Shown piece by piece: positions 25,436 through 33,328 of a stretch of 39,861 nt of DNA. This DNA comes from Candidatus Pacearchaeota archaeon (GTDB lineage Archaea; Nanobdellota; Nanobdellia; Pacearchaeales; GW2011-AR1). The translations under genes and the position numbers were made by a program. Location: the NCBI GenBank assembly GCA_046705565.1, contig JBJKQI010000010.1, forward strand, positions 1-39,861. The letters run 5' to 3'. A model generated the notes under the pieces. That model searched no databases, was not told the DNA's origin, and saw nothing but the letters and a program-made list of their open reading frames with translations. Numbering within the stretch: the stretch's first letter is position 1; each line of letters opens with the position of its first letter.

Positions 25436-26356
25436 TTATTTTGTTTTAAATTCAACAGTATCTAAATCCTTTAATTTGTGGGTTAATCCAACAACCTGTC
25501 CTCCAAATTTTGAGGAAGGTCCCCAAATTTTTGTTTCAATAATTCTTTTTGATAATCCTTTTAGAATTTTTTCTGCAACATCCTTTACATTGGATGCCGG
25601 TTGCAAAATCATCGGCTTGTTTGCCTTTGGTTTTCCAGGTTCTTTTGTAAAAATTCTTATTACATTAAATGAGTCAAAAATTTTTTTCTTTAATTCTTCA
25701 ATTCCATTTTCTTTGATAAAAGGGAAGGTTGAAATTATCTGAAAATTATATTTTTTACTCTGCATTTTTCTTTCAAGTTTTCTTTTTTCTTCCGGAAGAA
25801 GCAGGTCTGAAAAGTTTACTACAATAATTTCTTTTGCATTTTCTGTTTGAATTTGTTTTTTTAATTCAACAATCTCTTCAAAAGATTTTACGAGGTAAAG
25901 AATAGTGTCAGCTGTGTAAACAATTCCTTTTTCATAATTCTCTCCTTCTATTGCAGGTATTTCAATGATTTGTATTTGTGCTCCTTCATAATCCATCATA
26001 CCGACTTTTGGTTCTTTAGTTGTGAATTTCACTGATGAGACTTTTTCATTTGCATTTGTTAAAATATTCAGAAGAGAGGACTTGCCGGAATTTGTTTTAC
26101 CAACAATTACAATCTGCATTTCCCCTTTTTTTATTCCTGTTTTTGCGCCTTTGCCTTTTTTAGATTTCTTCTCAATTTCACCCTCCAATTTTTTTCTTCT
26201 TTGAGTTAATTGTTGCCTTAGGTTTTCTCCTCCTTTGTGTTTAGGTGCGTGAGAAATCATTTTTCTTAATGCGAGGAGTTTGTCTTCATTTGTATTTGCA
26301 TTGGTATACTCCAATTCCGCTTTTAGGTATTCTGGGTCATTTACATTTATTGGCAT
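25436..26356 (-). CDS. DRG/Obg-class GTP-binding protein with a C-terminal TGS domain
   Basis: 306 aa with a basic N-terminal helix region, G1 (VGKTNSGKSSLLN), FTT (G2) and a TGS-like end (IRIFTKEPGKP...PMIL...VKDVAEKI...WG.S.KF.GQ.VG..H.L.D.D.V). The G3 position reads EIPA instead of DxxG. Confidence 0.75.
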   Translation of the reverse strand: MPINVNDPEYLKAELEYTNANTNEDKLLALRKMISHAPKHKGGENLRQQLTQRRKKLEGEIEKKSKKGKGAKTGIKKGEMQIVIVGKTNSGKSSLLNILTNANEKVSSVKFTTKEPKVGMMDYEGAQIQIIEIPAIEGENYEKGIVYTADTILYLVKSFEEIVELKKQIQTENAKEIIVVNFSDLLLPEEKRKLERKMQSKKYNFQIISTFPFIKENGIEELKKKIFDSFNVIRIFTKEPGKPKANKPMILQPASNVKDVAEKILKGLSKRIIETKIWGPSSKFGGQVVGLTHKLKDLDTVEFKTK

Positions 26357-26389
26357 AAAATATTAAATCTATTAAATTTTATAAGCTTG

Positions 26390-26935
26390 ATGGGGAAAAG
26401 ATTAGAAAAAAGTTTTTTTGAAAGGCGTGCGGACGTTGTCGCAAAAGACTTGATTGGGAAAATTCTTGTTAGAAAAGTTGGAAAGAAATTTCTTAAGGGC
26501 ATGATTACAGAGGCTGAAGCTTATTTTGGTGAAAAAGATCCTGCTTCATGGGCGAGGTTCGGCAAAAGAAAAGATAATTTTTATATGTGGGGTAAACCAG
26601 GAACTGTTCTTATAAAAAATGTTCACAAACATTTGATGCTTAATTTTGTTACCGGAAAAATTGGAAATGCACAGGCCATTTTAGTTCGTGCAGTTCGACC
26701 TATTAATTTTGTGGGGCGCACTGGCGGGCCCGGGCTTTTGACTTCGAGGTTCTTAATCTTAAGAGAGTTTAATGGGAAAAGTATTTATTCTTGCAAAGAT
26801 CTTTGGATTGAAGAAAATGAGGAACATTATAAAATAAAAAAAAGTGGCAGAATTGGAGTAAGAAATGATTTAAAAAAACACTTGAGGTTCTATGTTGAAG
26901 ATGATGAAAAAAGAATTAATAAAAAGGATAACTGA
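26390..26935 (+). CDS. mpg: DNA-3-methyladenine glycosylase, Mpg/AAG family
   Basis: FFERRADVVAKDLIGKILVRK...GMITEAEAYFGEKDPASWA...GKPGTVLI...LNFVTG..G.AQAILVRAVRP matches the methylpurine glycosylase pattern. I prefer the ATG at 26390 over the TTG at 26387. Confidence 0.85.
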   Translation: MGKRLEKSFFERRADVVAKDLIGKILVRKVGKKFLKGMITEAEAYFGEKDPASWARFGKRKDNFYMWGKPGTVLIKNVHKHLMLNFVTGKIGNAQAILVRAVRPINFVGRTGGPGLLTSRFLILREFNGKSIYSCKDLWIEENEEHYKIKKSGRIGVRNDLKKHLRFYVEDDEKRINKKDN

Positions 26936-27692
26936 GAAAAAAGAGTTTTCAGAACTGCCTGCTGAGGACGTTGAACGAGCTCTTGCACAATTTAATACTT
27001 TAGATTATTCGGATGAAGAAAAAATTAAATTAACGAGGGGGCTTTTGCAAAAGATTTATACCTCTTACATTAGCAGGCAACTGTTTTCTAAGAATGCTCT
27101 GAAAAAAGGATGGGCCTGGGTCTTGAAAAAACACCTTTCTTCAAGGGAGAGGTTTGAATTTTATCCAGAAATCTATGGGAGGATTTCCAGACTTTTGAAA
27201 ACTAAGAACAAAGTTACGGTTGTTGATTTTGGCGCGGGCGTTAACGGATTTAGTTACAATTTTCTTGAAGCTGCTTTTTTGAAAGTAAATTATCTAGCAG
27301 TAGAGGCATTAGGGCAATTTGTAAGTTTGATGAACGAATACTTTAACAAGAATAAATTAAATGCAAAGGCGGTCCACATGAGCTTATTTAATTTGCATGA
27401 GCTAAAAAAATTGGTTGAAATTTTACGCGGGCCGAGAATTGCTTTTATGTTTAAAACGTTCTCTTCTTTAGAACTTTTTGAAAAAGATTATACGAAAAAA
27501 TTCTTGCTTGAGTGTGCCTCTCTTTTTGATTTTTTTGTTTTGAGCAGTGCAACGAAAAGTTTGCATAAAAAGGAGAGTTTTAAGGCCAGTGGCAAATGGT
27601 TATGGAGGTTTATTGAAGATAACTTTAAAGTCATTGATGAGTTTGAATTTGGAGGAGAAAGATATTTTGCTTTTTCTAAAAAAGATTTATAA
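26892..27692 (+). CDS. ArmA/Rmt (FmrO) family 16S rRNA methyltransferase-like protein
   Basis: By-eye collinear similarity to ArmA along the whole length. Matching blocks are LIKRITEKKEFSELPAEDVERAL, LLQKIYTSYIS, HLSSRERFEFYPEIYGRI, VVDFGAGVNGFSY (SAM motif I), FVLSSATKSLHKKE and GGERYFAF. It overlaps the mpg 3' end, and the in-frame ATG at 26904 is a likely alternative start. Confidence 0.7.
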   Translation: MLKMMKKELIKRITEKKEFSELPAEDVERALAQFNTLDYSDEEKIKLTRGLLQKIYTSYISRQLFSKNALKKGWAWVLKKHLSSRERFEFYPEIYGRISRLLKTKNKVTVVDFGAGVNGFSYNFLEAAFLKVNYLAVEALGQFVSLMNEYFNKNKLNAKAVHMSLFNLHELKKLVEILRGPRIAFMFKTFSSLELFEKDYTKKFLLECASLFDFFVLSSATKSLHKKESFKASGKWLWRFIEDNFKVIDEFEFGGERYFAFSKKDL

Positions 27693-27714
27693 CCTTTGAA
27701 GTTTTTTGATTTTT

Positions 27715-27978
27715 ATGGCAGATGAAGACATAACATTACCTGAAGAAAAAAGTCAAAGGGACCCAAAATCCATCTTTGAAGAAAGTCGGGAACCTTCGGA
27801 AGAGGAAAAGAAAAAAGTCGAGCAGGAAAAAAAGTTTGAATTTAATGAGGTAGCCGGTCGTGAAGAGCGAGAAAAAGAAGAGGTAAAAGAACAAAAAAAA
27901 GGGGCGCTTTGGAGATGGGTGGTTGGAATTTTAATTTTAGCTTTAATTGTAGCGTTGTATTTATGGTTAATTAAATAA
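27715..27978 (+). CDS. acidic, lysine/glutamate-rich tail-anchored protein
   Basis: 87 aa from the ATG (MADEDITLPEE...). A charged E/K-rich body is followed by one C-terminal hydrophobic helix (WRWVVGILILALIVALYLWLI). Confidence 0.5.
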   Translation: MADEDITLPEEKSQRDPKSIFEESREPSEEEKKKVEQEKKFEFNEVAGREEREKEEVKEQKKGALWRWVVGILILALIVALYLWLIK

Positions 27979-29208
27979 TTAATCTTTCAAGTATTTTCTT
28001 TTTATAATTCCCACAAACTCGCTTGAATTTTTTCCTAAAATTGTTTTCAGATTTTTTTCGGGAGTGGAAAAAATCTTTTTTAATGTTTCAAATTTTTCTA
28101 AGAGTCTTTTTGCTTTTGTTGGTCCAATTCCCGGGAATCCTTCAAGAATAAACTGCAATTCCTCGTTGGGGGAGAGGTTCTTTTTCTTTGGATTTATTGA
28201 GGTTTCTTTTGTCTTTTTGTTTGCAATCAATTTTATGTACTGAGCTGTTTCTTCAGGACCCTTTGTGAAAATGATAGGGATATTATAATTAAGGGTTATT
28301 GAAAGTAAAAGTCCCTTTAGTGCATTTGGGTGCAAGGAGTTTTTTCCAGACAAGTCTCCTTCAACAATAAGAAGCTTTTTTTCATATTGGTTTAATTCTT
28401 TAAGTTGTGAAAAAATCCTTTTATCAAAAACAGATGCAAAAAAATCCGGTGCAGTCTTTCTTTCGATTGCAGTATCTTTCACAATATAATCTGCCACCTT
28501 TAATTCCTTAAATTCAACTGTTAAGTTTTGTCTTATTAATTCAGACGGAACAAGGGAATTTTTCTCACGAAAATCCACTTCAACGATCTCATTCGGCTTT
28601 TCCGAGGGAGCTTTTTCTTTTTGAAATATGTCATACATATTATTTGAAAAGGTCTTTTGTTTAAATTTTTTTATGTTTTTGAGTACTGTTAAAATAATTT
28701 CGACGACATCATTTGGCTGGATATTCGTTGTATCAATTACAAGATTATAGTTTGTCTTATCCATGAATGAAATCCCATATGCTTTTTTGAATCCTTCGTC
28801 AGTATCTCTTAGTCTCCTTTTTATTTGTTCCCTTGTTTCTTTTTCACTTTTTGGAATGGGTTCATCTGGGCGGTTTGTTTTTCTTATTCTCCCAACCGTG
28901 CTTTTTTCCTTCGCATGAAGGAAAATTTTGAAGGATTTTGGGATGAAGTAATAAGCAATCCAGGCTTCAATAACAAAGTCTTTTTCTGTTTTTCCTATTT
29001 CAATTGTCTTTTTGTCTGCTTCATAATGGATTCTTGAATCTGTTTTAGCGAGTTCCATCAATTTATTTATTGTAATCCCCATTTCTTTTGCAACCAAGCC
29101 GTGAATTTCACCCATAGATAAAAATGGGATTTTGAGCTTCTCTGAAATAATCCTCGCAGCAGTAGTTTTTCCAGAACCAGGCAATCCCGAGATTGTTATT
29201 TTAGTCAT
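27979..29208 (-). CDS. Fusion protein: archaeal-type cytidylate kinase-like P-loop domain + ERCC4 (XPF/Hef) nuclease + HhH
   Basis: The first ~185 aa (ITISGLPGSGKTT...FLSMGEI...YNLVIDTT...) follow the archaeal Cmk layout. The C-terminal half has the ERCC4 signature (VDFRE...VADYIV...AIERKTAPDF...LLIVEG) and HhH (FPGIGPTKAKRLLEKF). It is one uninterrupted 409-aa ORF. Confidence 0.8.
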   Translation of the reverse strand: MTKITISGLPGSGKTTAARIISEKLKIPFLSMGEIHGLVAKEMGITINKLMELAKTDSRIHYEADKKTIEIGKTEKDFVIEAWIAYYFIPKSFKIFLHAKEKSTVGRIRKTNRPDEPIPKSEKETREQIKRRLRDTDEGFKKAYGISFMDKTNYNLVIDTTNIQPNDVVEIILTVLKNIKKFKQKTFSNNMYDIFQKEKAPSEKPNEIVEVDFREKNSLVPSELIRQNLTVEFKELKVADYIVKDTAIERKTAPDFFASVFDKRIFSQLKELNQYEKKLLIVEGDLSGKNSLHPNALKGLLLSITLNYNIPIIFTKGPEETAQYIKLIANKKTKETSINPKKKNLSPNEELQFILEGFPGIGPTKAKRLLEKFETLKKIFSTPEKNLKTILGKNSSEFVGIIKRKYLKD

Positions 29209-29250
29209 GTAAAATCAGAGAAAATTTTATTTAATAAAGATTTAGCGAAT

Positions 29251-30807
29251 TTAAAATAATGTTTTTTGCTGAGGCTCTCTTTTGTATAAATTCCCATTGT
29301 TTAGATCTCTTTTTATTTTCTCAATTGAAGTTTTCATCTTTTTTTCACGAGAGCGTGAGGCGTAATATGCAAATTCATCTTTTGTTTTTTCTGTGATTAA
29401 GATTATTAATTTTCCTTTGGCAAGCCTTGCAGTTCTTCCTCTCCTCTGAATTGAACGAATTGCCGAAGAGACCGGTTCGTAGAAAATTACAGAATCCACT
29501 TCTGGAATGTCAAGACCTTCTTCAGCTATGGATGTTGCACATATAACATTTATTGTTCCTTCTGAAAATTCATCGATAATTATCTTTTGCTCCTTTTGGG
29601 AGAGCCCTTTTCCTTCTTTTTTTGCCTGTCCGACAAAAACTTTTGAATTAATCCCTGACAATTTGTTTATGTTCCTTGAGATTAAGTCGGCAGTTTCTCT
29701 AAATTGTGTGAAAATAATAATTTTTGGATTTGTTTTTTCCTTTTTCTCATCTCTTACAACTCTGATTATCTCTTCAACTTTTGGGTGCTCGAATCCTCTT
29801 TCAAGAAGGCTATTTGTTTTTTTGTAAAGAACAAAAAAATCTTCCCTTGCTGCAAGTTTTACAACCCCCCGTGATTTTCCTTTATTGGCTTCATCAAAAA
29901 TCTTCTTTAGATATTTCTGAAAGCTTGCGAGTGTTTGGGTTTCTAGAAGGTCAAGTGCATGAGAAAGTTTTATTGCCTGGGCAACAAGAGAAACTGCATG
30001 GTAACTTGATGGTGCAGTTAAATTTCTTGAAATTTGATTGCCTAATTTTCTTTGCAGTTCAATTAAGTTTATTTTATTCGCAGGACCAAAAAGGAAATTT
30101 TTGAGTTTAAGTTCATCTACATATTCTTCATAAATCTTTTTTAGAATTTCTCTTAATTCAATTATCTCTTTTGGGAGTACAACAATTTTCTTATCAAACT
30201 CCAACTCCTGGAGATAACTCTTTACATCCGGGGAATCTCTTGTTCTTAATTCAACTTCCTCAATGAAGAGGTTTTTGCATATTTCTTTTATTTTACCCGA
30301 GTCACTTCCCGGGGAGGCTGTGAGCCCAATTAACCGTGGGTGAGTGGAATCTTCCATGTATTTTTTTGCAAGGTAGTTATAGTCATAATTTCTTACACAC
30401 CTGTGGGCTTCATCCTCAATTAATAAGCACACTTCGTTTAAATTGTACAAATTTTTTTTGACATCATTTGCAACACATTGGGGGGTTGAGAAAATTATAT
30501 CTGCCGTATCCCAAATTTTTTTCCTTTTTGTTGAGTTCACTGCGCCTGTGAAAAGCTCAAGAGAACCAAAGAGCTCGGGAAGGCTTTTTCTAAATGAATT
30601 TAAATGTTGTTCTGCCAAAGGTTTTGTGGGGGCAAGAAAAAGCACTTTTTCCCCAGGAAATTTTTTCATTCTCTCAATTGTGAGCATTAGCGCAATTAGC
30701 GTTTTTCCAAGGCCTGTTGGGAGGACTACTAAACAATTCTTTTTAGTGCAAGTTTCAAAAATCTCTTTCTGATATTTTCTTGGTGTTATATTCTGTAAAA
30801 ATTCCAT
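29251..30807 (-). CDS. hef: Hef/FANCM/Mph1-type SF2 helicase, helicase part only
   Basis: 518 aa with PRKYQ, LPTGLGKT, EDEAHR, LTASPG, an inserted helical domain, and QRRGRTAR. The ORF ends with no nuclease domain. Confidence 0.88.
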   Translation of the reverse strand: MEFLQNITPRKYQKEIFETCTKKNCLVVLPTGLGKTLIALMLTIERMKKFPGEKVLFLAPTKPLAEQHLNSFRKSLPELFGSLELFTGAVNSTKRKKIWDTADIIFSTPQCVANDVKKNLYNLNEVCLLIEDEAHRCVRNYDYNYLAKKYMEDSTHPRLIGLTASPGSDSGKIKEICKNLFIEEVELRTRDSPDVKSYLQELEFDKKIVVLPKEIIELREILKKIYEEYVDELKLKNFLFGPANKINLIELQRKLGNQISRNLTAPSSYHAVSLVAQAIKLSHALDLLETQTLASFQKYLKKIFDEANKGKSRGVVKLAAREDFFVLYKKTNSLLERGFEHPKVEEIIRVVRDEKKEKTNPKIIIFTQFRETADLISRNINKLSGINSKVFVGQAKKEGKGLSQKEQKIIIDEFSEGTINVICATSIAEEGLDIPEVDSVIFYEPVSSAIRSIQRRGRTARLAKGKLIILITEKTKDEFAYYASRSREKKMKTSIEKIKRDLNNGNLYKREPQQKTLF

Positions 30808-31032
30808 CTTCCTAAAAATAAGCTTTAAGTTATAAATGTGTTTGTGAATTTTTGAGTGGAGAAAACCCCCAATTTGGTTTTTTAGGCCTTAAAACGCCAT
30901 CTTTTTACCTTTTTGTTTTTTTAACTGAAAACATTTAAAAATCTTTTGGTACCTCCACAGCGAGGGTGAAAACTTTATAAACCGACGGCAAATCATATTT
31001 TCATCTAACTAAATTAAACCCCCAATTACAAA

Positions 31033-31656
31033 ATGCCTTTAACAAACAACTCAATTGTATCTCCTGTTTTTTATAGAAAGGGGATGGAGAAAGTTAACCA
31101 CTGTGGTGCCAGTGCGGGCAGGATTGTCCTAAAGAAACTGAAGGGGATTGAATTTTCCGAACAAAAATTTTCTAAAAAGCTTATGAAACTTTATAATCAG
31201 AATAAGACTTCCGCAAAATTTGATGAATATTATGATGTTGAAAAAAACGGTGTAGACACTCTACACTGGGTAAATTTTGCAAAGTATTACAATCTTGGAC
31301 TTTTTACAACAAACCATTCGGACATAAATACTGTTACAAAAATACTTGACCTCGGCGGCACAGTTGTATTGCATCGACCGTGGAAGAGGGGAGGGAGTTA
31401 TGGGAACGATGATGGACATTATGTTGTACCCTATGGACATTTTAAAAAAGAAAAAATTATTTTACTTTTTGACCCGGGTCGACGCTATGTAGGCGAAAGA
31501 GTAAGGTTTCACAACGGGATACATCTTCTAGAGTCTTACAAAGATTTTAACAAAAATTGGAAATTTAAAGATTATCCAAAGAACAAGGAGATGCTTGTTT
31601 TTTATAAAAAACCGAAGCGGTTTAAAATTCCTTGCAAAGGAAGATATGTTGTGTGA
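31033..31656 (+). CDS. papain-fold cysteine peptidase, C39-like
   Basis: 207 aa with candidate catalytic Cys in VNHCGASAG and His in DGHYVVPYG, followed by LLFDPG. The spacing and context resemble the peptidase C39 / C39_2 families. Confidence 0.5.
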   Translation: MPLTNNSIVSPVFYRKGMEKVNHCGASAGRIVLKKLKGIEFSEQKFSKKLMKLYNQNKTSAKFDEYYDVEKNGVDTLHWVNFAKYYNLGLFTTNHSDINTVTKILDLGGTVVLHRPWKRGGSYGNDDGHYVVPYGHFKKEKIILLFDPGRRYVGERVRFHNGIHLLESYKDFNKNWKFKDYPKNKEMLVFYKKPKRFKIPCKGRYVV

Positions 31657-31657
31657 A

Positions 31658-32281
31658 TTAAATAACAAATGTTGCTAGTGCACCCAGAATTGAAACTATT
31701 GCTAAGAAAGTCCAGAGCGTTATATTTCCAAAGAAGATTTTTGCACCGTCCAAATCAAATAGGGGGATCATATTAAAAAATGCATATGTAAAGCTTATTT
31801 TTGAAAGGGCTTCTGCCCCGATTAAATAAAAAATTACACCGAAGATTATGCTTGCAACAATTCCGGATGCTGCAATCCATCCAATCTCTTCTTCTGAGAC
31901 TTCATAAAAAGAGTATATTCCGTGTCTTTGAGCTGCTCTGTAAGTTTTCCCAGAAGCATCGAAGGTTAAACAAGCCATCCAATTTATAAGCCCAACAGAC
32001 AGAAATTTTATTATTAAAGGGATGAAAATTCCCGCCAAGATTGGGTTTTTTGAATGCATGTGCTTTTTCACCCAAAACTGTTTCACTTCCCAAATTTTTA
32101 TGTTTATGTCTAAATCAAGATAATATGCAATTACTTTTTTTGCTATAACATTTACGAGTATTGCTATAAAGACAAAGAGAGTTGTTGTCCAAAGAAGGTT
32201 CCAACTTTCAACAAGAGAAATCATTAACCCCAACACTATTGAGATTGTGATTATTGAAAAAAATTCTTTTCTTGTTAACAT
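31658..32281 (-). CDS. M50 (site-2 protease)-like membrane protein lacking the HExxH motif
   Basis: 207 aa and polytopic. The C-terminal FNMIPLFDLDGAKIFFG matches the M50 NxxPxxxLDG motif, but the helix where HExxH is expected reads LVNVIAKKVIAYY. Confidence 0.45.
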   Translation of the reverse strand: MLTRKEFFSIITISIVLGLMISLVESWNLLWTTTLFVFIAILVNVIAKKVIAYYLDLDINIKIWEVKQFWVKKHMHSKNPILAGIFIPLIIKFLSVGLINWMACLTFDASGKTYRAAQRHGIYSFYEVSEEEIGWIAASGIVASIIFGVIFYLIGAEALSKISFTYAFFNMIPLFDLDGAKIFFGNITLWTFLAIVSILGALATFVI

Positions 32282-32351
32282 CCCTTTCTAAGTTCTCGAT
32301 TTTTTATAAAGCTTATTAGATTAACAGAGAGATAAACTGCTCCTGAAAAGT

Positions 32352-32666
32352 ATGGAAAACTATTTAAATAAAATTCTCTACAATTTTACCATGAGAGTAA
32401 AAAAAATAACAGAGGTTTTGGGAAAGAGAGTTTATACTGATCAGGGAGATTTCTTCGGACAAATTAAAGAAGCAAATTTGTTTGAGAATAAAGTCGACGG
32501 ATGGAGAATTGAAGTTGCACCTCAACTAAGTTCTGTTCTTGGCGGTGCAAGGGGGGTTGTAATTCCTCACCAATTCGTAAAAGCAGTTAGTGACATCTTT
32601 ATAATAAATAAAGCTGCACTTCCAAGCCAAGAAATGGACCTTGAAGAAGGTGCGGACATAATCTAA
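32352..32666 (+). CDS. PRC-barrel domain protein
   Basis: VLGKRVYTDQGDFFGQIKEANLFENKVDGWRIEV...VIPHQFVKAVSDIFIIN fits the PRC-barrel pattern. The ATG at 32391 (MRVKKI...) is an alternative start. Confidence 0.7.
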   Translation: MENYLNKILYNFTMRVKKITEVLGKRVYTDQGDFFGQIKEANLFENKVDGWRIEVAPQLSSVLGGARGVVIPHQFVKAVSDIFIINKAALPSQEMDLEEGADII

Positions 32667-32667
32667 A

Positions 32668-33198
32668 ATGTCAAATATACTTCAGGCATCATTGTTTACT
32701 AGTTTTTTGTATCCATTTTTGTTAATGTTTTTTATTATGTTTGCTCTTTTGCAGAAGTCTAAGTTGTTGGGAGACGGACAGGCTCAAATTAATGCATTTG
32801 TATCTTTGATTATTTCATTAATTTTTGTTTCGGTAGTTTATCCCGTTATTGTTGTGAATAATTTGATTTTATTTATGACCGTCGGAGTAATTGTAATTTT
32901 TGTTGGATTTGTTCTTTGGGGATTTATTAATAATGGAAATATTTCCTTTGGGAAAGACAGTAAAGTTCTGAAGCTTTTTGGAGTACTTGTTATAATTGCG
33001 TTAATCGTTGCAATTTTTTGGGCAACAGGTTCGTTCCCCGGACTTTGGACGTTTATACAAAATGTGTATAATTGGGCATTTGCATCAGGAACTGAAGGAT
33101 TCTGGACGAACTTTTTGCTTGTTGTAATCGTTGTTGCAGCTGTTGTTGCTGTTTTGGTTGGTAAGGGAAAAGCTACTGGGGGTAGTACAAAACCGTAA
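32668..33198 (+). CDS. polytopic membrane protein (paralog 1)
   Basis: 176 aa and hydrophobic. FLYPFLLMFFIMFALLQKSKLLGDGQAQINAFVSLIISLI aligns with the next gene's product. Confidence 0.6.
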   Translation: MSNILQASLFTSFLYPFLLMFFIMFALLQKSKLLGDGQAQINAFVSLIISLIFVSVVYPVIVVNNLILFMTVGVIVIFVGFVLWGFINNGNISFGKDSKVLKLFGVLVIIALIVAIFWATGSFPGLWTFIQNVYNWAFASGTEGFWTNFLLVVIVVAAVVAVLVGKGKATGGSTKP

Positions 33199-33328
33199 TT
33201 TTTTTGGCATTTATCAAATTTTCTCGTCAATAAGAAGTTTATTTTTTGGAGATTTTATTTATAGACCCTAAAAATTAAATTTAATGCCGAACAGAAATGT
33301 ATATAAATAATATTTCTTTTTTCTTTGC

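Noticed and set aside
25389-25742. 117-aa plus-strand ORF
   Set aside because: It lies antisense to the 3' (TGS) part of the GTPase gene, and the motif-bearing minus-strand frame is preferred.
29507-30772. Plus-strand ORFs opposite the Hef helicase (29507..29827, 29781..30104, 30443..30772)
   Set aside because: They are shadow ORFs of a gene with complete SF2 motifs.
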